The notes beneath the pieces were generated by a model. It was not told the DNA's origin. It saw nothing but the letters and a program-made list of their open reading frames with translations, and did not search any database. From positions 7,704 to 71,703 of the IMG/VR virus record IMGVR_UViG_3300027746_000020: 64,000 nt of DNA; one strand, 5' to 3'. Shown here in pieces: positions 54,082 to 62,001 of this stretch (the stretch's first letter is position 1; each line of letters opens with the position of its first letter). This DNA is from a virus. Both the position numbers and the translations under genes were made by a program.

Positions 54082-54204
54082 TCAGCTGCAGGCCCGCCGC
54101 CAGTAGGACCAACTGCGGCCTAACTGTTTGCGGACGTTGAAAGAGTCGGAGAAGCCGCCCATGGCGTAGAACTGCTTCCGGGTGATGCGGTAGTAGCCCA
54201 TCAT
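54082..54204 (-). CDS. small protein (40 aa), below ORF-track cutoff
   Basis: MMGYYRITRKQFYAMGGFS...; ATGA overlap with upstream small ORF. Confidence 0.5.
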   Translation of the reverse strand: MMGYYRITRKQFYAMGGFSDSFNVRKQLGRSWSYWRRACS

Positions 54205-54371
54205 TTGTATTGGCCCACAGGTTCAGTGAGGCTGAAGCTGTAACTCCCGCTTATGTTTGAGCCAAAACCGGAGGTGTAGCCTTCTTCTATTAGACGGCGC
54301 ACTTCATCGAGGGCGTAAATAGCGTCGTCTTCGTGCTTGCCTTCGATGTGGATGTTGAATGCGATGCTCAT
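54201..54371 (-). CDS. small protein (56 aa), below ORF-track cutoff
   Basis: MSIAFNIHIEG...ALDEVRRLIEEGYTSG. Confidence 0.55.
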   Translation of the reverse strand: MSIAFNIHIEGKHEDDAIYALDEVRRLIEEGYTSGFGSNISGSYSFSLTEPVGQYK

Positions 54372-54374
54372 CGC

Positions 54375-54797
54375 TCAGGCCCCCGCAGCCTTGCGGGAAA
54401 CCGCGAGGGCGACGTAGACGGTGGGGGTGTTGATGGCGCGGCCATCGGATTGCTCCAGCTTCTGCTGTTGCTGCACCTTGAGCATCTCGTTCTGCAGCAG
54501 GAGCGAATACTCCCAGTTAGCGCGTTCCTTGCGTTGCACCTGAAAGTCGCCGACGTCGATGCGGCTGACGTTGTTCTTGATGCAGTGGGCTTTGAGGAAG
54601 GCGGTGTGCCCATCGAGCAGAGCCTTCAGCCTGTCGATTTCCAGCTTGAGCTGGAAGGCTTGCGCCACGCGAGTGCCGATCTCCCCGTTGGGGGAGTAGG
54701 ACTTCGGCGCAGCCGGGGCCTTGCGGCGGACGGTGCCGGAGCCGTTGCTGGAGCGGGGGGCAACGACGCAGAGCGTCGGGCGTGTGGAAGTGGTCAC
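54375..54797 (-). CDS. hypothetical coiled-coil protein
   Basis: GTG start VTTSTR ~30 nt after leader motif; strong GC3 bias. Confidence 0.65.
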   Translation of the reverse strand: MTTSTRPTLCVVAPRSSNGSGTVRRKAPAAPKSYSPNGEIGTRVAQAFQLKLEIDRLKALLDGHTAFLKAHCIKNNVSRIDVGDFQVQRKERANWEYSLLLQNEMLKVQQQQKLEQSDGRAINTPTVYVALAVSRKAAGA

Positions 54798-54931
54798 GGT
54801 GAGTGAACGGGCAGGGCCCGGAGGGTGGTGGTAGATGGACAACTGGCAAAGCCAGGGCGCAAGGGCGCCAGGAAACCTCCGAACGGGTGAGGATCGGAGG
54901 CTTCGGGGTGCCGTCGCAGGGAGCGAAGCGC

Positions 54932-55111
54932 TCAACGAGAGGGGAAGGGAGGAGCGGGCTCGGGGGAGAGAGCTTGAGGGAAGGTGGGGGGTAGGGGTGG
55001 CGCAGTTCGCATCCCCTCGTTGATCAGCACTGTTGACAACAACAGACCGAGGACGAATCCGATGAAGGTGTCGGGATGACGCCAGGAGGGGGTTCCGGGG
55101 GGAGGGCTCAT
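54932..55111 (-). CDS. small membrane protein
   Basis: FIGFVLGLLLSTVLI transmembrane segment. Confidence 0.45.
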   Translation of the reverse strand: MSPPPGTPSWRHPDTFIGFVLGLLLSTVLINEGMRTAPPLPPTFPQALSPEPAPPFPSR

Positions 55112-55190
55112 GATCAGAAGGGGAAGGGGAAGGGGGAGGTGGGACGTGCGGGCATGATGGGGGCATCGTATGCCCCCGTTCAGGAATCGG

Positions 55191-55883
55191 TCAAGCCGCG
55201 CCACGGGCGATTGCGGCGGCTTTCTTGCGGCCTGAGCCGTGGGCCGGGAAGGTGACTACGACCTTGCGGTCGGATCGAGCGCAGAGGGGGATGCCTCGCG
55301 GCCCACCGCAGTTCTTGCAGTTGATGTCGTCCCGCAGGGTTGCGGGGCATTGAACGAATGTCACGCCTTCCTCGCGGAAGCAGGTTGGAGCTTCCGGGGG
55401 GACGACGCAGACCGTAGGGAGGCCGCGCAGCGCGTTGAGGGCGGCAACGTGAGTGTCCTCACAGGAGACGTTGATGGTGAAGCCGTAGGTAATGGCTTCA
55501 CGAATGGCGGAGAGGTTGTGTGTGTTGAGTCTGTGGTGCGTGTAGGTCCACGCTGCACGAAGACGCCCTGCGACTATGGCTAACTCGTTGACCAATTCGG
55601 GAATGAGATAGCCTCCGGCATGAGGCAGATCGCCAGCCACGTTGTGGCGGAACATGTCGGTGGGGCCCAGGCGTCGGAGCTTGTGGATGAACTCGCCCCA
55701 GGGGGAGCCGCGCTCGGGGACTTTCTTCCAGTGGAGAAGGGATCTGCCGTAGGCGGCGTAGCAGCCTTTGCCTGCGAATGGGCAGGTTGGAGCACAGGAG
55801 GATTGCTCCGTCATAGAGACGGCAATGGGCCCGGTCTTGCCGTTGGCGGAGACGGGGACGAAGTGGACGACAGGGGCGCTCAT
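55191..55883 (-). CDS. Cys-rich phage protein, possible Fe-S/radical-SAM-like
   Basis: S.N.KTG.I, CAPTCPF...GCYA, FRHNVAGD, WTYTH, CPA......C.NCG....LC. Confidence 0.7.
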   Translation of the reverse strand: MSAPVVHFVPVSANGKTGPIAVSMTEQSSCAPTCPFAGKGCYAAYGRSLLHWKKVPERGSPWGEFIHKLRRLGPTDMFRHNVAGDLPHAGGYLIPELVNELAIVAGRLRAAWTYTHHRLNTHNLSAIREAITYGFTINVSCEDTHVAALNALRGLPTVCVVPPEAPTCFREEGVTFVQCPATLRDDINCKNCGGPRGIPLCARSDRKVVVTFPAHGSGRKKAAAIARGAA

Positions 55884-56359
55884 TTTTTGACAAGGGTGGA
55901 GAGGCAGACTGCATCATTCTTAGGACGCTCATAGGCATCCCAACCTTCTGGCAGATCGTAGCCGGGGAGATTTTTTAGAAGCTTTGAATTGAGATCCTGG
56001 AGTATCTTGAACGCTGGGGAACTCTTCCATCCTGGATGTTCACAGGATTGGTAGCTCAGGCAGCCCCCGGCTCTAGCGATTACGCCGGGTTGTGGAAGGA
56101 GAACGATCCGCCTGAACTTGGTCGCCTTGAGGCTACGGTAGTGAGCCCCGCAGTAGTCTTCAGCGTCCTCGTAGCAATGTTGGATTGATCGCCAGTTCTC
56201 GTCAATGAGGGCGTCACGGACGAGTTGAGGAGCGTTTTTGTCTGTCGCTCCGTCGATCCCCTTGTACTTGAGGTACAAGTGGGTGGAGTCACGGGGATCG
56301 TTGAAGTATGCGGAGACGAGGAGGTCAAAGAGATCGTTGGAGCAGAGGAAAGCTGACAT
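55880..56359 (-). CDS. hypothetical phage protein
   Basis: MSAF, L..EN.RS...Y, CL.YQSCEH..W..S.A motifs. Confidence 0.7.
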   Translation of the reverse strand: MSAFLCSNDLFDLLVSAYFNDPRDSTHLYLKYKGIDGATDKNAPQLVRDALIDENWRSIQHCYEDAEDYCGAHYRSLKATKFRRIVLLPQPGVIARAGGCLSYQSCEHPGWKSSPAFKILQDLNSKLLKNLPGYDLPEGWDAYERPKNDAVCLSTLVKK

Positions 56360-56399
56360 GGGGGGAGGGGATGATTGGGCTTGTACGGTTACTTGAACG

Positions 56400-56702
56400 T
56401 CAACTTGTACGACTAGCTACCAGATCAGGACGTTCCTGCTGTATTGCATCGGCGATGGCTTGAATGGTGTCAGGGCACCACGGAGTGTCCGCGCCTTCGC
56501 CCCATAGAGCATCTGCGATGGCTTGTAAAAGCTGTTCTGTCTTTAAGACAAGGATACCATTCTCTTTTCCGATTCGGGCTATCTCGGAATCAGGGAAGTT
56601 GTCAATGTTGTACCACTCTTCCTCTGTGAAAGCTTCATCGGGGACCAGATAGCAAGACTCAGCGGACAGCATGGTGCCGGTTGAGTCGATAATTGTCGAC
56701 AT
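56400..56702 (-). CDS. hypothetical protein
   Basis: C-terminal W..DT..AIA module. Confidence 0.6.
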   Translation of the reverse strand: MSTIIDSTGTMLSAESCYLVPDEAFTEEEWYNIDNFPDSEIARIGKENGILVLKTEQLLQAIADALWGEGADTPWCPDTIQAIADAIQQERPDLVASRTS

Positions 56703-56707
56703 GGGGA

Positions 56708-57115
56708 TCAATCGAAGGTACGGTGGACAGTAAACGATGCGAAGCCTTCCTGGCTAATAATCGCTACGCGATTGCCAGCAGGATCCCGGAGGATAGATTG
56801 ATTGCCTCCGGTAAACATGTTGCACTTGAATGGTTCGATCACGCAACCTTTGTACTGCGGATGTTTAACAAAGAACGCTTGTTCCGGTGTTAGCTCCGGG
56901 TCAAGCCTGCAAGAGAACACGTTGGGATGCTCGCCGCAGGAGACAACCCGGCTGGAGACGAACTCCAGGAGGGGGTGATAACGGTAGTCGCGAGGGTAGG
57001 GTTCGCCGGAGAAGGTGCCCCATGCCCAGACCACAGCTTCCGCTGCGGAGAAGGCGGATGGGTTGGTTGGGACGCACTCGCCAGTGGCGAGGTTTATTAC
57101 TTTGAGGTTTGTCAT
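56708..57115 (-). CDS. hypothetical protein
   Basis: Operonic ORF. Confidence 0.55.
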   Translation of the reverse strand: MTNLKVINLATGECVPTNPSAFSAAEAVVWAWGTFSGEPYPRDYRYHPLLEFVSSRVVSCGEHPNVFSCRLDPELTPEQAFFVKHPQYKGCVIEPFKCNMFTGGNQSILRDPAGNRVAIISQEGFASFTVHRTFD

Positions 57116-57116
57116 T

Positions 57117-57287
57117 TCAAAGACTCCGCATTAGAGTTAAAGTTTCTTCTGCCTGCTTGGTCAAAAAGCAGTCTGAATGGATTGTGAATAATCTTGTATA
57201 GTCCGAGGGCACACCTCCGAACTTACGAGCCCTTTCAGATGCGGAGGGTATTAGCGCAATGTCTTTACCACAGTGAGAGCATTTCAT
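57117..57287 (-). CDS. small Zn-binding protein (56 aa), below ORF-track cutoff
   Basis: MKCSHCGKDI.L.PSA.ERA.K.G..P.DY..LF..H..C. Confidence 0.6.
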   Translation of the reverse strand: MKCSHCGKDIALIPSASERARKFGGVPSDYTRLFTIHSDCFLTKQAEETLTLMRSL

Positions 57288-57556
57288 GGGAAGAACGAGT
57301 TGTAGGATCGTATTGGTGCTAAGTTCGCGTAATGCTTGACTTTTATGTCAACTTCGACCCCTCTTTCCTTGCAAGCTTTTAGGAAATAACCTGCATCACA
57401 ATCCTCCTCTAAATAAATAGTGGCACCTCTTTGGTAAGAGCAAGAGGATATTTTGCTAAAATCATCTCCCATAATCATGCGAGCTATGTCACGGTTGACA
57501 TGTAGCCAACCATGACCAGGATCCGCAGTAAAGTGGAGCCTTACTGGTTTTTTCAT
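57284..57556 (-). CDS. hypothetical phage protein
   Basis: DPGHGWL, IS..SY, YLEEDCDA..F motifs. Confidence 0.7.
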   Translation of the reverse strand: MKKPVRLHFTADPGHGWLHVNRDIARMIMGDDFSKISSCSYQRGATIYLEEDCDAGYFLKACKERGVEVDIKVKHYANLAPIRSYNSFFP

Positions 57557-57765
57557 TCAGCGTCGGCGGTCTCTTGCGACCGGGAATAGGACGAGATTCC
57601 ACTAAACCTGCCATCGGCGATCATCTCGTCGACGGCAGCTTGTTGTTCTTCCATTGTGTGAAACCATTCCAGAACAGGCCGAGTGCCGTGTTCTGTGGTG
57701 AAGCGTTGTACCCACACGGAGTACCTACAGCCCCGGCCGTGGTTGTTGCGGAATTGGTAGGGCAT
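57553..57765 (-). CDS. hypothetical protein
   Basis: Start MPYQFR. Confidence 0.5.
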   Translation of the reverse strand: MPYQFRNNHGRGCRYSVWVQRFTTEHGTRPVLEWFHTMEEQQAAVDEMIADGRFSGISSYSRSQETADAE

Positions 57766-57769
57766 GGCC

Positions 57770-57991
57770 TCAGGAATAGAGCTGGAGTTCGGCATCTTTG
57801 CCGTAGCGGGCATAGAGATCCGCCGCGTATTCGGCGGAGATCGTGCGGGTCGTCAAGACCCTGCCGGATTGAGTGCGGGCTTCGGAGAACCACCAGCCAG
57901 GGCCGTGCATCTCACTGCGGCGGAAATGGACCCAGGCGGATTGGCTCGGAACGAATACGCTCCAGGCGTAGACACTAGCGAGTTGTGGCAT
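57770..57991 (-). CDS. hypothetical protein
   Basis: Start MPQLAS. Confidence 0.5.
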   Translation of the reverse strand: MPQLASVYAWSVFVPSQSAWVHFRRSEMHGPGWWFSEARTQSGRVLTTRTISAEYAADLYARYGKDAELQLYS

Positions 57992-58211
57992 GACTTTTTC
58001 CTGAACCGGTGAGTCTGAGGCGGCGAGAGAGTTCATCGGCATAAGTGAACGCTTGATCTGCGTAATACCCTTCGCGGACGGGGTTAAACCCACGGAGGTT
58101 TTCCGCCACTTGGCGGCAGTCGCGGATAATGAAGCGGAGCGATCCGAGATCACAAGTCGCCGCATGGCTCCGCCAACGGGCGAAGTCCTGGGGGGTGGCG
58201 TATTCGATCAT
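57975..58211 (-). CDS. hypothetical phage protein
   Basis: L.FII.DC..A......NP..EGYY.DQ..TY..EL.RR. Confidence 0.65.
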   Translation of the reverse strand: MIEYATPQDFARWRSHAATCDLGSLRFIIRDCRQVAENLRGFNPVREGYYADQAFTYADELSRRLRLTGSGKSHATTR

Positions 58212-58525
58212 GGGAGCCGTTCCATCACGAATGTGCCGTACTTGTCGGCTCCTATTGTGGAGAAACAGACGAGTCGGTAGGTAGCTCTTGGGTTGAATCG
58301 TGACAGAGCTTCTAACACTGCGGCTAAATGATTCTCGTGCATAGTCAGAGAATAGTCCTTGGATTCAGAAGCTCGAACCATTCCGCAGTGAGCGATGAAG
58401 GCGGTGTTCCCGTTACTATCAAGGGTTTTGACAGTTCGGACTACATCCAGGATCGGACGCGGCGTGGTAGTACGCCAAACGTCCATCGCGGCCCTGGCCG
58501 GATGAACAGTGATTGTCGCTGACAT
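58208..58525 (-). CDS. hypothetical protein, first ORF after early leader
   Basis: Start MSATIT ~25 nt after leader motif. Confidence 0.55.
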   Translation of the reverse strand: MSATITVHPARAAMDVWRTTTPRPILDVVRTVKTLDSNGNTAFIAHCGMVRASESKDYSLTMHENHLAAVLEALSRFNPRATYRLVCFSTIGADKYGTFVMERLP

Positions 58526-58568
58526 AGGTGTCAGACGGGCAGAGCCCGGTGGTAGTTGGACAGAAAAT

Positions 58569-59248
58569 GCCCCCGAAGGGGCAATACGACATAGGGGGAA
58601 TTGAACCACGGCTTGCGCCGTCCCGTAGGGCCCATACGAAAAGCCCACCCCGTAACAACGGAGTGGGCTAATCGCGCCTTGCCTAGCTTGCGCTAGGTAT
58701 GTCGAAAGATTTTTTCGTTGTTTGACCTCAGGCCAACGAATTGAACCATAATACCTACATCCGTCGCATAACCCTGACGGTAGGGAGCCCTTGCGGGAGT
58801 GGGGCCATGTAGGAGCGCCCCGTATCTAAGCAGCAGGAGGCCCAACCCCCCTGAGAAGTGTGCGTAGGGCCTGACAACCCCCGGTAGCACACCGCATACC
58901 TGCTTGCACTGTGAGCCCGGTCCCTCTGCACGAGGATCCTGCTTGCTAACGACGGGATCTGGCTCTCACCGGCCTCCCCATCTAACGCACACTACTGCCC
59001 CCTCCGGTAATCCGGTGCTACTAGAAACCTCACCCCCATCAGCCGACATGAAAGTCGGGAGGGATTATCGGCCCGTTCGCCGCGCTTGCTCAGGATGATA
59101 CCTGGCCGCCGGGATTTGAACGTGCGCCACTACAGCCCATCAAAGGTCCGTAGCTCACAGCTATAGCTCCAGGGTCGGCCTGGCCCGCCGCGCATGATCG
59201 GATGCGCTATTTATGGTCAGTTCACATAGGCGGTCGGTTCGGGAATGT
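58569..59248 (-). ncRNA. candidate large structured RNA / early leader ending in a tRNA-like domain
   Basis: No credible ORF; three GCAA tetraloops, one UUCG, T-loop-like GTTCAA motifs, several long-range complementary blocks; downstream of three promoters. Confidence 0.6.
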
Positions 59249-59254
59249 GAAAGT

Positions 59255-59283
59255 AGTATGGCATGGATTGGCGGATCCGTCAA
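59255..59283 (-). promoter_or_regulatory. early promoter P3
   Basis: TTGACG-17-CATACT with TGn extension. Confidence 0.75.
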
Positions 59284-59377
59284 GCGGTTCGGCCGGCGCC
59301 GGATCCGGGAACGGATCGCGACTGACGGGAGAGGAGATCCAGGGCGCGACGGCCGCCGGTTCTCTCCCGTTGGATCC

Positions 59378-59407
59378 AACCTACCACGGGATGGGCGGGA
59401 TCGTCAA
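59378..59407 (-). promoter_or_regulatory. early promoter P2
   Basis: TTGACG-18-TAGGTT with TGn extension. Confidence 0.75.
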
Positions 59408-59475
59408 CTGATTGGCCCGTCGGATCCGTGGGGATCGCGCAGCAAGAGGAAACCCGCCCGTGCGCGACGTGCGCG

Positions 59476-59504
59476 AGTCTACCACAGATCGGCGGATCCG
59501 TCAA
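59476..59504 (-). promoter_or_regulatory. early promoter P1
   Basis: TTGACG-17-TAGACT with TGn extension. Confidence 0.8.
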
Positions 59505-59605
59505 GTTTGCTGGAGTCTTATCGAGACTCAGCCTGCGACAGGCACACTGTCTATATGGCACATACAACGTCTACAAAAATGTAAATATATGTAATTTTTT
59601 ATGCT

Positions 59606-60199
59606 ATGCTTTCAGGGCATCTGATTCCTGAACCGGTGACCGAGCAGCTCTGTTTGAACCTGGGTGATGTCCCTGTAACCGTTGGGGGTCGAGTACCCAA
59701 GCCGATCCCGGAGGTAGTGTTGGAGCTATTCAGACTCTCATCTACCTCCCCGTCTGGTCTGGTGTGGGTTCATGATCGACCTCATAAGAGAACAAAAGCC
59801 GGTGACCCAGTTATTGGTAGCTTGATCAACAACAAATATAGATTGGTTCATGTTCCAGGGCATGGGCCTCACTACGCCCATCGAATCGTTTACTTCCTAC
59901 AGACAAAAGAGAACCCAGGTCACATGGTTGTGAGGCATTTAGCCGATGGAGACTTGGTACTAGGTTACCAAAGTGACAACTTACGAGATTCGCAAGGGAT
60001 ACTTAAAAAGCCTAAGGAAGGGTACAAGACTTGTAGAATGTATGAATACAAAGGTGATACCTTCAATCTTACTCGCTTGTGCAAACGGTTAGAGTTGGAC
60101 TACATGCGAATATACCAAATGACACGAAAAGGTAGAGACATTAGAGAAGTATTGGCAGAGCATGGCTTTGCCGATGTGAAGCTACTATTTACTCCCTGA
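59606..60199 (+). CDS. HNH homing endonuclease-like protein
   Basis: SPSGLVW...KAGD..G, Y.AHRIVY.L, VVRH...NL; AT-richer, opposite strand to neighbours. Confidence 0.75.
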   Translation: MLSGHLIPEPVTEQLCLNLGDVPVTVGGRVPKPIPEVVLELFRLSSTSPSGLVWVHDRPHKRTKAGDPVIGSLINNKYRLVHVPGHGPHYAHRIVYFLQTKENPGHMVVRHLADGDLVLGYQSDNLRDSQGILKKPKEGYKTCRMYEYKGDTFNLTRLCKRLELDYMRIYQMTRKGRDIREVLAEHGFADVKLLFTP

Positions 60200-61123
60200 C
60201 ATCTGCAGCCTCTCCATTTCAATCCTTAAATTATCCCTCCCTGACTTCAGCAACTGCCCGATCCTCGACTTGCTCAACTGCATATCGCTCGCTACCTCTT
60301 GCAGCCCCTTCTCTTTGACAACAATCTCCTCCAGCACATACCTCTCCTTCTCCGGCAGGCGCCGCATCGCGGCGGAGATCATCCGATGCTCTGCCGAAGG
60401 CAGGGCCAAGACGGGAGCTTCGCCGGGAGAGAGGGGGTCGAAGGGGGTGAAAGAGGAGGGAGGAGCGAAGCTGAAGCCGTCGTCCTCGGGGGAATCCACC
60501 GCCGGGATCAGCTCAATCAAGTTACTGCCTCCTTCGATGCCGGGGCGGTCGAGGCTTGCGGCCTCCGTCATGGCGTAGACCTGGCCGATCAGAAGCATGC
60601 GCTCAGGGCTGATCTTGGCGTAGGCGGCCAGCTCCTCCAGCGTGGGCTTCCGGCCTGTCCTTGACTGCATCTCCTGGCTGTACCGCTGAACCTTATTCAG
60701 CGTTTCGTAGTGGCCGATGGGAAGGCGGATGGTCCGCCCTTGGTTGTGTAGGGCTCTGGTGATGCCCTGGCGGATCCACCAATAGGCATAAGTGGAGATG
60801 CGGTAGCCGCGAGCCGGGTCGTAAAGCTCCAGGCCGCGAACCAGGCCGATGTTTCCTTCTTGTATAAGGTCGGAGAACTCCAACCCCTTGTGCTGAAACT
60901 TCTTCGCAATGGAGACCACCATTCGTAGGTTGGTGTTCACCATCGCTTTCATGCTGTGGCGCCCCCGCCGCTCTACCGTCTGCTTTGAGGCTGTCTGTTC
61001 ATGATACGAAAGTGGGTGCATCCATTCATGAATGCGGCGGCAGTGGAGAAGTTGAGCTTCCTCGCAAAGGATTGGGTACTTACCCACTTCCTGCATATAG
61101 CTGTGAAGTTCAGCATTAGCCAT
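60185..61123 (-). CDS. RNA polymerase sigma factor, sigma70 RpoD/SigA-like
   Basis: NLRMVVSIAKK, DLIQEGNIGL, YDPARGYRISTYAYWWIRQGITRA, RTIRLP, region 4 HTH. Confidence 0.95.
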   Translation of the reverse strand: MANAELHSYMQEVGKYPILCEEAQLLHCRRIHEWMHPLSYHEQTASKQTVERRGRHSMKAMVNTNLRMVVSIAKKFQHKGLEFSDLIQEGNIGLVRGLELYDPARGYRISTYAYWWIRQGITRALHNQGRTIRLPIGHYETLNKVQRYSQEMQSRTGRKPTLEELAAYAKISPERMLLIGQVYAMTEAASLDRPGIEGGSNLIELIPAVDSPEDDGFSFAPPSSFTPFDPLSPGEAPVLALPSAEHRMISAAMRRLPEKERYVLEEIVVKEKGLQEVASDMQLSKSRIGQLLKSGRDNLRIEMERLQMSGSK

Positions 61124-61138
61124 CAGCGGATTTAGGTT

Positions 61139-61417
61139 TTACCCTGAGTGAAATTCGGTGAAGCCGTCTGGGTCTTCTGTCGCAGGCTCCGAGAGAAACG
61201 CACCGTAATCCGAGTCTGTATGAATTAAGACATCGGGATGGAAGGAGTCGATTTCGATCTCCGAGTCGCCCCGCCACCAGCCGCAGAGGATCAATGTTTC
61301 CCCATACTCACCTTCCGTGTAGTTCATCACCGTCATGACTGGGCCGTTAGCGAAGCGGACGCGATGACCCCGGCGAAAGCCGGTGGTGTCGTCAAAGGTG
61401 CTTACAGCGTTAGTCAT
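61139..61417 (-). CDS. YodC/DUF2158-like protein
   Basis: G..VR...GP.MTV ... C.W ... F.PD.L. Confidence 0.7.
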   Translation of the reverse strand: MTNAVSTFDDTTGFRRGHRVRFANGPVMTVMNYTEGEYGETLILCGWWRGDSEIEIDSFHPDVLIHTDSDYGAFLSEPATEDPDGFTEFHSG

Positions 61418-62001
61418 ACGGGAACCCCCAGGAGGATGTTATTGATCGTCATGTGTAAGTCCTTGATCGAGCCGCTATTGACGATGGTCTCTTGGAACTG
61501 AGATCGGTCGAGGGGCTGTTGGGAGGAGTGCGCCATCACCTCGGTGTTTACGGCTGCGCTCGGGCGCTCCACCCGCCAGAGGGTGCTGGAGAGGTGGGAT
61601 TTGACGATGTCCAACTCATTCGGGAATCGGACATCATCGACCACGACACGACCGTAGATGCCGAGTTCCTCGACGGAGTGTTTCCAGGCGAGCAGCCAGA
61701 TTTCGGGATGGATCAGTTTCCGGCCCCACTCGGTGCTGAGTGTCTGCATCATGGACCTTGGGGTCACATCCAGTTCTGGGAGGATCTGTTCTTTAAGGAC
61801 AGGGTCGTTGAGGAGCTTGTCCCCGTAGACCTTGCTGTAGCCGAAACACTGAAGTAGCGTCCGCGTCATCAACTTCAGCGGATCGGCGAAGGGAATACGG
61901 TGGTAGTTGTACTCTTCGACCAGGAACTTGGCAATGGTGGTTTTGCCGGATCCCGGAATGGGTGAGTGAATACCGATCAGCCTGGGAAGGTTGGAAGTCA
62001 T
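61414..62001 (-). CDS. deoxynucleoside monophosphate kinase
   Basis: GSGKTT, FADPLK, TPR..MQ.L.TEWGR, VVDDVRFPNE, H.S. Confidence 0.88.
   Translation of the reverse strand: MTSNLPRLIGIHSPIPGSGKTTIAKFLVEEYNYHRIPFADPLKLMTRTLLQCFGYSKVYGDKLLNDPVLKEQILPELDVTPRSMMQTLSTEWGRKLIHPEIWLLAWKHSVEELGIYGRVVVDDVRFPNELDIVKSHLSSTLWRVERPSAAVNTEVMAHSSQQPLDRSQFQETIVNSGSIKDLHMTINNILLGVPV

Noticed and set aside
58587-58704. Canonical tRNA gene
   Set aside because: No D-loop consensus, no 7-nt anticodon loop, interrupted T-stem, no CCA; kept only as a tRNA-like fold
58693-59631. Short ORFs called in the leader/promoter region
   Set aside because: Mostly non-ATG starts, Arg/Pro-rich, overlapping promoters and hairpins on both strands; no coding signal
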